Shown: positions 1-10,754 of the stretch, piece after piece | How the letters are laid out: every line of letters starts with the position of its first letter | How positions within the stretch are numbered: position 1 is the stretch's first letter | Source of the DNA: Pristiophorus japonicus | Lineage: Eukaryota | Assembly: GCF_044704955.1 (NCBI RefSeq) | Contig: NC_091985.1 | Coordinates: 42,036,001-42,100,000, forward strand | Length of the DNA: 64,000 nt | Direction: 5' to 3' | Notes under the pieces: generated by a model | What the model was told of the DNA's origin: nothing | The model's input: the letters and a program-made list of their open reading frames with translations, nothing else | Database searches by the model: none | Translations under genes and position numbers: made by a program

Positions 1-126
1 AAGGGGTATGGAGAGAAAGCAGGAAAGGGGTACTGAGATGAATGATTAGCCATGATCTTATTGAATGGTGGTGCAGGCTCGAAGGGCCGAATGGCCTACT
101 CCTGCACCTATTTTCTATGTTTTTAT
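1..126 (+). mobile_element. CR1 LINE 3' end
   Basis: Contains AAGGGGTATGGAGAGAAAGCAGG...GGCCGAATGGCCTACTCCTGCACCTATTTTCTATGT, the same 3' UTR and (TTTCTATG)n tail as the CR1 copies ending at 15480, 38569 and 44049. Confidence 0.9.
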
Positions 127-346
127 TTGCTTCACGGGTTCTTTGCTTAAGAATTCATAGCAACACATTGCTATTAAGAACTAGTTGGTTTATTAATAAC
201 GGTTTAACAATCACACTACTCATTAGCAGTTCATCCACTAGGCATACCTCATCGTGGATGACCTAGGCCCAACTGACTGGGGTTTTATTGAGTTTTGTGA
301 ACACCATGTGCCTGGCTAAGCCACTCACAATGCAATAGCTCTACAA

Positions 347-1214
347 CTATTTTGTTGTAATCTGTAAAACATAAATCGTTAACTCAAATGCCCCCTGATT
401 AAAGTGGGGGGGGGGGGGTACTAAAACAGAAACTTTCAAACAAGTGCCCCCTTGTTTTTTGTTTATTTTTGTTTTGTTTTGAGGACACCAACACACAATT
501 TATACAAGTGCCCCCTGGCTAAAGGGGGGGGGGGGAGGGGAGCACTAAAACTGACACAATAAACAAATTAAATTTTGGACATTAATTCAAATCAAAATTT
601 GGTTGCCGGGGTTGATGATGCACTCCAGTCCCTCCGGCACCCACCTCTCGCGGAAGGCCGCGAGCGTACCGGTGGACACCGCGTGCTCCATCTCCAGGGA
701 CACCCTGGCTCGGATGTAACCGTGGAAGAGAGGCAGTCAGTCGAGCTGAACGACCCCCTCGACCGCCCGCTGCCTGGACCGGCTGATGGCCCCCTTGGCT
801 GTGCCCAGGAGCAGTCCTACGAGGAGGCTTTCCGACCTGCCCGCTCCCCTCCGCACAGGGTGCCCAAAGATCAGGAGGGTGGGAGTGATGTGCAACCAGA
901 ATTTGTGGAGCAGCTCCTTCAAATATTGGAATATGGGCTGCAACCTCACACATTCAATAAAAATGTGGAACACGGACTCTTCCAGACCGCAGAAATTGCA
1001 GGCGGCCTGGGAGTCTGTGAACAGACTTAAAAACTTATTGGACGGGACTGCTCCGTGCAACAGCCTCCAGGCCAAGTTCCCAATAAATAAAGGAGGACTT
1101 CCGTGTAGAGTGCACTCCGTTGGGGACCCCCGCCTCCTCCGGACGGCAAGATGGTGCGCCATGGCGCGTCCAGATGGCAGACGAGGAAGGCAACATGGAG
1201 AGTGTGCAAGAGCA
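347..1214 (-). mobile_element. Tx1-clade (L1 group) LINE, 5'-truncated: ORF2 C-terminus plus 3' UTR
   Basis: Translation gives LAWRLLHGAV...CNFCGLEESVFHIFIEC (CX2CX8HX4C knuckle typical of L1/Tx1 ORF2). Frameshift and stop are present. Flanked by target copies at 332-346 and 1215-1229. Confidence 0.85.
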
Positions 1215-1229
1215 GCAACAGCTCTACAA

Positions 1230-1507
1230 CTACTTTCATTGGAAAACAATAAATCAAGTGCCCCCTGATTAAAGGGGGGGACACACCAAACATTTTCAAA
1301 CAAGTGCCCCCTTGTTTTTTTTGTTTTTTTGGGAGGGTTTTTTTGAGGACACTGAAACACAAATTATACAAGTGCACCCTGGCTAAAAGCAGGAGGGGGG
1401 GGGGACTAATACCGGCAAATTAAACAAATTTAAATCCGCGATTGAACCAGGGAGCTTTAGCTCTTCAGTCTAAAGCTCTTCCAACTGAGCTAGTCCGGCC
1501 CGACAGC
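1230..1507 (-). mobile_element. SINE: tRNA-Phe-derived head plus Tx1 3'-UTR-derived tail (copy 1)
   Basis: Head is 1432-1499, preceded by an 8-nt leader GCTGTCGG. The tail has the same AAGTGCCCCC...GGGG stem-loop series as the Tx1 3' UTRs at 347-590 and 1522-1745. Flanked by target copies at 1215-1229 and 1508-1521. Confidence 0.8.
1432..1499 (-). pseudogene. tRNA-Phe(GAA)-derived sequence (SINE head)
   Basis: GCCGGACTAGCTCAGTTGGAAGAGCTTTAGACTGAAGAGCTAAAGCTCCCTGGTTCAATCGCGGATTT matches vertebrate tRNA-Phe at 59/68 by manual alignment. A and B boxes are intact; the 3' acceptor strand is incomplete. Confidence 0.85.
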
Positions 1508-1521
1508 GCAACAGCTCTACA

Positions 1522-2370
1522 GCTCTTTTGGGGAAAACATAATAAATTAAATCAAGTGCCCCCCGATCTGGGGGACACTCCAAACACTTTTCATGTGCCC
1601 TTTTTTTGTTTTTTTTTTTGGTGATTTTTGTGGGGTTTTTTGGGGCATTAAAATCATAATTTTTCAAGTGCCCCCTATAAAAGGGGAGGAGGACACTAAA
1701 AATCCGGCAATTAAACAAATTAAACTTTAAAACATGTAAAATCAAATTAAAATTTGGTTGCCGGGGGTGATGATGCACTCCAGTCCCTCCGGTGCCCACC
1801 TCTCGCGGAAGGCCGCGAGCGTACCGGTGGACACCGCGTGCTCCATCTCCAAGGACACCCTGGACCGGATGTAAGAGCAGAAGAGAGGCAGGCAGTCGAG
1901 CTGAACGACCCCCTCGACCACCCGCTGCCTGGACCGGCTGATGGCACCCTTGGCCGTGCCCAGGAGCAGTCCTACGAGGAGGCCCTCGGACCTACCCGCT
2001 CCCCTCCGCACAGGGTGCCCAAAGATCAGGAGTGTGGGACTGAAGTGTAACCAGAAATTGAGGAGCAGCCCCTTTAAATAATGAAACAGGGGCTGCAACC
2101 TCGCATACTCCATAAAAACGTGGAACACGGACTCCTCCAGACCGCAGAAATTGCAGGTGGCCTGGGAGCCCGTGAACCGACTTAAAAATTTATTGCACGG
2201 GACTGCTCCGTGCACCACCCTCCAGGCCAAGTCCCTGATAAATAGTGGGAGGACTCCTGCGTAGAGTGCACTCCATCGGGGACCCCCGCCTCCTCCGGAC
2301 GGCAAGATGGTGCGCCATGGCGCGTCCAGATGGCAGACGAGGAAGGCAACGTGGAGAGTGTGCAGGAGCA
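1522..2370 (-). mobile_element. Tx1-clade LINE, 5'-truncated (second copy, different 3' UTR)
   Basis: Open frame ...DLAWRVVHGAVPCNKFL...CNFCGLEESVFHVFMEY...NQILI* with stop at 1742. Flanked by target copies at 1508-1521 and 2371-2385. Confidence 0.85.
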
Positions 2371-2385
2371 GCAACAGCTCTACAA

Positions 2386-2661
2386 CTACTTTCATTGGAA
2401 AACAATAAATCAAGTGCCCCCTGATTAAAGCGGGGGACACACCAAACATTTTCAAACAAGTGCCCCCTTGTTTTTTTGTTTTTCTGGGAGGGTTTTTTTG
2501 AGGGCACTGAAACACAAATTATACAAGTGCACCCTGGCTAAAAGCAGGGGAGGGGGGCACTAAAACCGGCAAATTAAACAAATTTAAATCCGCGATTGAA
2601 CCAGGGAGTTTTAGCTCTTCAGTCTAAAGCTCTCCCAACTGAGCTAGTACGGCCCGACAGC
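2386..2661 (-). mobile_element. SINE: tRNA-Phe head plus Tx1 tail (copy 2)
   Basis: Near-identical to 1230-1507. Flanked by target copies at 2371-2385 and 2662-2676. Confidence 0.8.
2586..2653 (-). pseudogene. tRNA-Phe(GAA)-derived sequence (SINE head, copy 2)
   Basis: GCCGTACTAGCTCAGTTGGGAGAGCTTTAGACTGAAGAGCTAAAACTCCCTGGTTCAATCGCGGATTT; anticodon loop CTGAAGA. Confidence 0.85.
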
Positions 2662-2799
2662 GCAACAGCTCTACAAACCTGTGAGTATACCCAGAGGTGC
2701 ATACATTACACTATTGGTGCTGCAGAGCAAGCAGTAATCCAGAGTCAGAGGAATAGAGCATGTGATCTGGCATGTATGGTTGGAAAATGTTCCCCAGAT

Positions 2800-3500
2800 T
2801 GGAGGAACAGCGGAGTGAGGCCATGGAGGGATTTGAAGATGAAAGCAACAATCGTGAAATCAATTCACCAGAACACAGGGACTCTGTGGACTCTGGATAG
2901 AACAAGGGCGACAAGTGAGCAGGATTTGGTGTTGAAAAAAGATTTAGGTGGAAGAGTTGTGGATTAGCTGAAGTTTGTGATGGTGGAGTTTGGAAGACTG
3001 GAAGAGTACTGTTTGAGAAACCACAAGGAGACAGATGGAAGGAGATACAGGTAGAAATTGGAAATTATTTTTAATAAGGAACAGTAAATCTGTGGAATAG
3101 ATTCTAATAGAAAGTAATGAAAGCAATGATGATTAACTCATTTTAAAAAGATCCATATGAATAACCAGTTAAGAAAACAATTCTAGGCATAAGCGATCAA
3201 ATCCTATGGCTACCACAATGGCTCAACTGAGCCAGACAGACCAGGACAGTCGCAGGATTGAATCCCAATCTGTACTGTTAGGATCTTAGCTGAGGTGTTG
3301 GATGGCAGTTAGAGAGCTATAATTAGCCTCAGCAGCCCAGCTAATCCACAACTCTTTGGCAAGTCCTTTTCAACACCAAAGTCCTGCTCACTCATCACCC
3401 TTGATCTATCCAAAGTCCACAGACTCTTTGTGTTCCAGTGAATTGATTTCAAGATTGTTGCTTTCACCTTCAGGGCTTGGAAAATCACTCCGTGTTCCTG
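2800..3500. repeat. Imperfect inverted repeat pair (~2800-2970 and 3338-~3500), possibly L2-derived
   Basis: GAAGAGTTGTGGATTAGCTG pairs with CAGCTAATCCACAACTCTT. The opposite-strand translations are similar (KATIVKSIHQNTGTLWTLDR vs KATILKSIHWNTKSLWTLDR). Confidence 0.7.
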
Positions 3501-4934
3501 AACCTGGTCACTATCCAGCAACTCATGTCAGAAAGATTGTGTACGCAGACATCACAGCAGGATAGACGGGGCTTTGCCCGAATGAATGTCACAGTCGAAT
3601 AGCTTTCTATGGAAAGGAAATTCAGGCAGGATGTACAGTAGGTGGCACATCAGCTACCACTCATATTGCACCCCCGCCCCACCCTGTGTATATGTATCCT
3701 TGATCTTTCCGTTCCTCCTTCCAGTTAAGAATGCCCACATTGAGAATATACTGCTTTCATTGTTCTTTTTCACTAACAATGGTTTTTCACATCTGTCTAC
3801 AATGAACTGTATCTTCTATTTATCTGCGCACTTTGCTAACTATATGTCCTCTTACATTCTTCTGCATTCATTAAAATCTTTGCGGAGCACATGCCAACTC
3901 ATCACTCATGCACAAGCAATATTCAAAAGGCAATCTATCTTGATGGTCCGATGAATTTTTTGATAATATTCATGATTCAGCTCTGGCAGTAGAAATAAAC
4001 CAATTATTTGATCTTATGCATTCATAACCTTTCATCTTGTCTGCAGCATCATTTTAACTCCTGGACTGGAATGCGACAAAGCACGTGCAAAGAACGACCA
4101 TCAGGGAGGCTTGGCTGATTTTAAAGTTTGGGCCTCCTTAGCACCCTGCTTGCTAACTTCCTGACCAAAACAGCAGGGAAGTTGGTGGGAAGCAGCTGCC
4201 CTTCTGTTAAATGGCAGGAGGCCACTGCCAGGAAGGGTCTCTGGAACAGGTAAATGCTTCAGGAGGGGAATCCCAGTTAGGGGAGGGGGGTGGGGGGGAA
4301 GCCCGGGGCAGGGGAAGTCCATTTTCTTGTGGGGCCAGAGGAGTACGTTTGGCCTCAGGGGAGGTGGAGGCGAAAAGCCATAACTCTTTCCCCCCCTCCC
4401 TCAGCTTAAAATAGCCAATGATATAATTGCCGCCTGATCTGCTTATTTAAAAAGGTCCCCTTCCAGTTTGGAGCGATTGTCCTTGCCGTCTACAATTTAA
4501 AATTGCAGTTGGCCAGATCAAGGTGGGAAAGGAGTGGATAAATCTCTTGCTCCATTTTGTGGTTTTCGCGAGTTAAAATCGACCCCTATGTGTTTTCATT
4601 TATCTCAGATGTACTTAATCTGATTTTTTAAACATGTATTTTCCTCCTCTTAAATCGGCTTCTTTTCTAACTCAGTTTTGTCTCATTAGTGAACACTTTT
4701 CTCAGTTCACCAGCTATGTAAGAATAAAAGTGTTTAGTAATGATAACATTGATTCTGTATATATAAATGTTAAAAGTGTAGATTATACGAAAAGACAAGT
4801 TTGAAGAAACAAAATGGAAAACTTCCCCAAGCCTATGTGTTCTCTGGCTGGGCAGACCCAAGGAACAAAGGAAACATGGCTTTAAAACTCATCAAACTAG
4901 AAAAGGTGTTAATTGGAAAGCCATTAACATAGTC

Positions 4935-5798
4935 AGGAAAACTTGCTTCCACTCTTAGCATGAGTTCTTAGGTGGCTGTACAGTCCAATACGAGAACCAC
5001 AGTCTCTGTCACAGGTGGAACAGACAATGGTTGAAGGAAAGGGTGGGTGGGACTGGTTTGCCGCACGCTCTTTCTGCTGCCTGCGCTTGATTTCTGCATT
5101 TTCTCGACGACGAGACTCGAGGTGCTCAGCGCCCTCTTGGATGCACTTCCTCCATTTAGGGTGATCTTTGGCCAGGGACTCCCAGGTGTCAGTGGGGATG
5201 TTGCACTTTATCAGGGAGGCTTTGAGAGTGTCCTTGTAACGTTTCCGCTGCCCTCCTTTGGCTCGTTTGCTGTGAAGGAGTTCTGAGTAGAGAGTTTGCT
5301 TTGGGAGTTTCGTGTCTGGCCTGCCCAGCAGAGCTGGTCAAGTGTGGTCAGTGCTTCAATGCTGGGGATGTTGACCTGAACGAGGACGTTAACGTTGGTG
5401 CATTTGTCTTCCCAGGGGATTTGTAGGATCTTGCGGAGACATCATTGGTGGTATTTCTCCAGCGATGTGAGGTGTCTACTGTACATGGTCCATGTTTCTG
5501 AGCCATACAGGAGGGCGGGTATTACGACAGCCCTGTAGACCATGAGCTTGATGGCAGTTTTGAGGGCCTGATCTTCAAACACTCTTTTCCTCAGGCGGCC
5601 GAAGGTTGCACTGGGGCACTGGAGGCGGTGTTGGATCTTGTCGTCGATGCCTGCTCTTGTTGATAGGAGGCTCCCGAGATAAGGGAAGTGGTCACGTTGT
5701 CCAGGACCGCACCATGGATCTTGATGACTGGGGGGCAGTGCTGTGGAGGACCTTTGTCTTACTGATGTTTAGCGTAAGGTCCATGCTTTCGTACGCCT
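4935..5798 (-). mobile_element. RTE-clade LINE fragment (RT C-terminal region and 3' end)
   Basis: Same sequence as the RTE copies at 45623 and 50845 (GACTTGCTTCCACTC...GGCCAGGGACTCCCAGGTGTCAGTGG). The minus-strand translation fits an RTE RT C-terminus. Confidence 0.85.
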
Positions 5799-6109
5799 AT
5801 TATTCAAGATGGCTGCCGGGGTGGCAGTTCCCTCGGGAGCTCCCCTGCCGAATCAACTTTACCTTGCCATTCGACAACTATCCATCCTCAACCTCCCCCC
5901 TCCCGCTGTCTGAACTCCCCCTAGACCTAACAGACCCTAATAGAGGGTGCATAAATCCCTGCCTTAAACCCCTAATCCTGCGAATCCCAAAATCCGGGCC
6001 TATCTCAGGCCTCGCTCCAAGCAACCCATCGGCGATGACTCGGACGTCCGGAAAGTCATTAACCTAATCAAGAAACGGCACCGGCCCTCCAGACAGACAC
6101 ATGTATGAG

Positions 6110-6195
6110 GAAAAGCCAATTAGGAACGGCCCTGGAACCAAGACCCAATCCTGGGGCTTTCTGAGAAACAATGGACTTAAGGGATATAAAAACTC
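6110..6195 (+). promoter_or_regulatory. LTR U3 promoter elements (CCAAT and TATA)
   Basis: GCCAAT at 6115-6120 and GATATAAAAA at 6183-6192 inside the solo LTR. Activity is not shown. Confidence 0.45.
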
Positions 6196-7394
6196 AAGCG
6201 AAAAGATTGCTGCGTCTCTCTTTTCTTTAGCACACGGCAAAAGCAGGACCTTTCTCTACAGACCAAGAAACAGGCCGTATGCTTTACCAGAGGGAAGTGA
6301 AATATACCTTTTTGTACCTTTTTGTAAAGTATTATTGTAACATCATTGTATCTGTTGTAACTAAGTAGATCCGTAGGTTAGCTGACGACTGCTGTTTTTC
6401 TGATAGATGTGCATGTGTGTGTGTTTAATAAACTATTCCAAAATGTTGTTAAAAGAACCGGTCTTACTGTCGATTTAATGCCAGAGATTTAGAAATCTTA
6501 CAGCTACTGGTATGCATCTATGATCACAGCATAGAAATCAGCCAGGGCTTTTAATCATGATAACCACAGAGTGGAGATAACAGTGAGGCAGATGGGCCAT
6601 TAAAGTAACTGACATAAAAGAAGAGTAAAGGAGCATCAGGTTAGAACACTGTACTCTTAGCTCTGGAATTTTGTTGCATATCCAGCCTAGACAGATGGTA
6701 ACAGAATCTCTTCTCTCCACTTGCTGTATAACTCCTAAGTAAAATGAGTTTTGGGCAATCTCACAGGGTTCCTATTGGGAGTGAGTTCACACTTTAGAAT
6801 TCACCACTAATTAACACTAAGTTGGGAGTGTCATGCAGGGAAACTGCTGAGATAGCTGCTATGGAAAATGGGAACTGTCGAGCCATTAGGGGGCATTCTT
6901 CTGAGACTGGAATTGGGATGCATTGTGGAGCAGTGCAGAGGAAGCTTGCTCCCCATGTCTTATCAAACCAGTTGGTATGAACAAGGATCATTCAAGAAGA
7001 TCACCTCATTTCGCCCTCTCAGGTTGCATGACAAGTAGGCATCCCAGCTTTCCTTGAAACTCAGATCACGATTACACAAGTAAAAGCATGGTTTTGGGGC
7101 ATCATGTGTTGTAAGTATAACTACGCAGCATCCATGGACAGGTCAGTGGTACTCCAAATTTCAGAGGAAGCCAGAGGACCCAGACTGTTCAGGTCATATA
7201 GCCTGGACATCTACCTACCAACACCTGACTTAGCAATTCAGCAATAGATTATACTGATAGCTAGAGATAGGGTGGCACCAATGCATAAAGTTATCGCGTG
7301 CATTTGTATTTTCCCATATTGAGTCAGCTTCCATTTAGTTTGTTTCTTGCAATATTGGCAAAGTTGACACAGTAAGAGCCACTTTGGATTCAGT

Positions 7395-7850
7395 AAAAGA
7401 AAGACTTGCATTTATATAGCGCCTTTCATGACCACCGGACATCTCAAAGCATTTTACAGCCGATGAAGTACTTTTGGAGTGTAGTTCTAATGTGGGAAAC
7501 GTGGCAGCCAATTTGCACATAGCATGCTCCCACAAACAGCAATGTGATAATGACCAGATAATCTGTTTTTGCTTTGTTGATTGGGGGATAAATATTGGCC
7601 AGGACACCAGGGATAACTCTCCTGCTCTTCTTTGAAACAATGCCATGGGATCTTTTACATCCACCTGAGAGAGCAATTGGGGCCTCGGTTTAACATCTGA
7701 TCCAAAAGATGGCACCTCCAAAGTGCAGTCCCTCAGTACTGCACTGGAGTGACAGCCTAGATTTATGTGCTCAAGTCTCTGGAGTGGGACTTGAACCCAC
7801 AACCTTCTGACTCAGAGACAAGTGTGTTACCCACTGAACCACAGCTGACA
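7395..7850 (-). mobile_element. DeuSINE-type (SacSINE1-like) tRNA SINE, full length
   Basis: tRNA-like head (GTGGTTCAGTGG...GGTTCAAGTCCC), Deu-domain-like core (GCAGCCAATTTGCAC...CCCACAAACAGCAATG on the plus strand) and tail GGCGCTATATAAATGCAAGTCTTTC. Confidence 0.8.
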
Positions 7851-8249
7851 GTAGCTCTATACATAGCATATTTGTGCTGCTACGTGTGCAAATGCATGAT
7901 GAAGATTTAGTGTAACAAGCACATAAGTCAGTAGCCAACTCTACACTCGTGCCTGACTTGGAAGCACATTTCTCAGACACTTGGTACAAAAGCTAGAAAC
8001 ATGTTCCATTCTCTAGAGTGACACCTCTCACCACAAAATACAACGCCTTCCCCAAACTCAAACTCCCCTTTATTCTCATAATAAAACTGCGTAAGAAAGA
8101 AAGCACCCAGTAGCACAGTGATAATGGCATTATCAGTGCACTTCAAGATTACCAGTTCAAGCTTCAGTGCTAACTAACTCTAGAATCTGCCAAGTACGAA
8201 ATATAGTGAGGTTTACAGGATTTTAGCAGACTAGTTGCAACAGACACAC

Positions 8250-9174
8250 GGGGGCTAAATTGACTAACACCAATCGTGGTACGTGATTAACACGCGTCCA
8301 TTCATTGCATTTCAGGCAGCACGTTAAATTCATATGCTTTGTCTCACCCTCACACACTTAGCACTGTTGTAAGCCTCGCACCCACAACTCACAGCTTGCA
8401 CCGACTGGCAGTTATATCCAATGCTGTCCTTGTCCTGCTTTGAGGTTGCAGTTGAACCTGCAGCAGTTGGCAGATTTCAGTCACGACCTCTTTTGTGAAG
8501 CGAAGATGTCTCAGGCATTGGTCCTCCTGAAGTTGAGGTAAGAGAATTGCTCCTTAAAGACCTATGGCGGATATGACATCCTGCTGAGAACCCTTCTCAC
8601 CCTCCTCCTCTTCAACAGCTTATCCTGCTCTGCATGGCCTCTCCCAGTCATGCTCAATTCCCAGAGGAAGCCCTACTAGGCTACCCATGTCTGCAAGCAA
8701 CTTGTTTCCATACAAGCTTTTAAATGAGCAAAAGGTTACTTCAGCACCAGCTAAGCCATTCCCTGTAGACTATTCAAACTTTAGCCAAGGATAGGAAAGC
8801 TCAAAAAACATATACAATTGCACCAGCAGCCAGAAGAAATAATCCAGCAACTAATTTGTAAGTAGTTCATGATCTCTTTAAATTGCACATTTAATGTCAA
8901 CTTCAGCTGTGTGAGGTTAGTGTAGGCTGGAGCATGGAATTGGAAAATGGCAGCACTGGCGTCAAATCAGTGTTGCACATTGATTCACATTGTGATCTGC
9001 CTGCTCTGCATGCTGCCGCCAGTCATTAGATGCACGCGCAAAACCCTTTTATCAAGATGGTGCCCTGCGCACTCTTCGTCGGAAGTGCGCGCGAACATCT
9101 CGGATCCCATTTTCAAGCATTAGGTGCCACATAGCCCCTAACAAATGGGTGCTACACAGGCCACTTTAGCCTCC
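8250..9174. mobile_element. Degenerate non-autonomous DNA transposon (Harbinger-like)
   Basis: Imperfect inverted ends GGGGCTAAATTG / CACTTTAGCCTCC; no ORF. Confidence 0.4.
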
Positions 9175-9320
9175 ACAATGTTTTAAAACATCTAAATCTG
9201 GAGATTGGAATCAAGAGCACTCGCATTTCATTGAGCACAATCCCCTTTACAAAATATGTAATTTCAAGTATCTACACTCAAACTGAGAACATGCGCTTTT
9301 ATTCAATATACGGAGAAGAG

Positions 9321-9790
9321 AAAGAAAGACTTGAATTTCGCGACCACAAGACGTCTCAAAGCACTTTACAGCCAATGAAGTACTTTTGGAGTGTAGTCAC
9401 TGTTGTAATGTGGGAAACGTGGCAGTAATTTGTACACAGCAACTCCCACAAACAGCAATGTGATAATGACCAGATAAACTGTTTTTTGTTATGTTGGTTG
9501 AGGGATAAATATTGGCCAGGACACCGGGGATAATTCCCCTGCTCTTCTTCGAAATAGTGACATGGAGGGCACCTGAGAGGGCAGACGGGGCCTCGGTTTA
9601 ATGTCTCATCCAAAAGACGGCACCTCCGACAGCACAGCACTCCTTTCAGGAGTGGAAGCAAGTCTTCCTTGATTCCGAGGGACTGCCTATGATGATAATG
9701 ATGATGATGATGACGGCGACTCCTTCAGCAATGCACTGGGCTGTCAGCCTAGATTTATGTGCTTAAGTCCTGAAGAGGGCATTGCAGGTG
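9321..9790 (-). mobile_element. DeuSINE-type SINE with an inserted RTE tail
   Basis: Homologous to 7395-7850. Interrupted at ~9649-9715. Confidence 0.75.
9649..9712 (+). mobile_element. Extremely 5'-truncated RTE 3' end with (GAT)n tail
   Basis: GGAGTGGAAGCAAGTCTTCCTTGATTCCGAGGGACTGCCTATGATGAT..., with an approximate duplication of ACTCCTT on both sides. Confidence 0.75.
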
Positions 9791-10754
9791 CTTTGCTGCA
9801 TTACCGGCACAGACATATTCAATCAACAAGGTTTGTGTGCATCCTGTCAGGCAAGCATCACCATCAACAGGGTGCCAAACTAAGGCTGCAACATTAGCAC
9901 CAGAAGAACCTGTCAACCCATCACACCTACAACTGAAAGTTAACAATAGCCTCTGGTGATAGTACTGTGTCCACAGAGGTGTGAAGTGAGCAGTCCATTA
10001 ATGTGCCACATAACCAGCACGCCTCTGACACTTGAAATCAATCTTTCAAGCCATTTTATGAAGAATGTTGTTTTCCAATTACAAAGAGGAAGACATGTAT
10101 ATCTCTGAGGGGAAAAAATGGTGCAAAATCTTGTGAAAGAGGAAGCTCATGTGACAAGGTGATAACACATTTTGCTAATGCATGTTCCACCAGAGGTATG
10201 TGTGAGAAATATGGGAATCTCTTGTCTTTATTTGATATGTTTTTTTTAATATCAAGTTCAAAGTGGAGCCAGTTTTGTTATCACTAGGTTTCAAAATGAA
10301 GGATGGAAGACAGGCTGTCTGTGAGAAGCAGGCGAGATTAATTGATCTGGAAATTAGTCAAGATGAAGGGGCTCTGTTGTAAGCATAAATTAAATTGTTA
10401 GGGTAATAGTAACCCAGAAGATCTGCAATTAAATGCTTGTTAGCATTCCATGCAGCACTGCTCAGGGTAAATTTTTATCTTTATTTGTGGACTCATGATT
10501 TTCCATTCAATAAATTTAATATGGGCCTATGAATTAGGTGCAGATCCCTTTAAATATGCTCCATGCCAGGAGCATTAAAGATGAAAATTTACCCCCTGTG
10601 TATAGTGGATTTGATCTTGATAGCACTGCCTTCGGAAGCCTTTATAAAACTGTGGGATTCTCTTGTAGTCTTTAGTTCTGGCGTAGGAATAATGATATAT
10701 TAACCTTTAATGGATTTATTCTAGTTGTGTTGATTTTGAAACATTGTACTCTTT

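Larger units (their letters stand above)
125..2710 (-). mobile_element. Probable solo LTR (~255 bp: 125-346 plus 2677-2710), split by Tx1/SINE insertions
   Basis: On the minus strand it starts TGTAATGTATGCAC at 2710. The two halves join at the duplicated site GCAA(C/T)AGCTCTACAA. AATAAA motifs lie on the minus strand at 284-289 and 189-194. The far end is obscured by the CR1 tail. A small TIR element is not excluded. Confidence 0.6.
4717..6502 (+). mobile_element. Solo LTR (ERV-like, ~0.9 kb) interrupted by an RTE fragment
   Basis: Perfect inverted termini TGTAAGA...TCTTACA with 4-bp TSD GCTA (4713-4716, 6503-6506). CCAAT at 6116, TATAAA at 6185 and AATAAA at 6427 are in canonical order. Confidence 0.75.

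Noticed and set aside
1432-1499. Functional tRNA-Phe genes (also 2586-2653)
   Set aside because: The acceptor stem is incomplete, there are several stem substitutions, and each is fused to a LINE tail between target duplications.
1742-2515. 257-aa ORF (and 737-1360) as a gene
   Set aside because: It reads through the SINE tail, the target duplication and the truncated Tx1 ORF2 by chance, and starts at a non-ATG codon.
332-2676. CRISPR-like repeat-spacer array
   Set aside because: The 15-bp repeats are separated by 0.28-0.87 kb retroelements, so they are target-site duplications. The context is eukaryotic and there are no cas genes.
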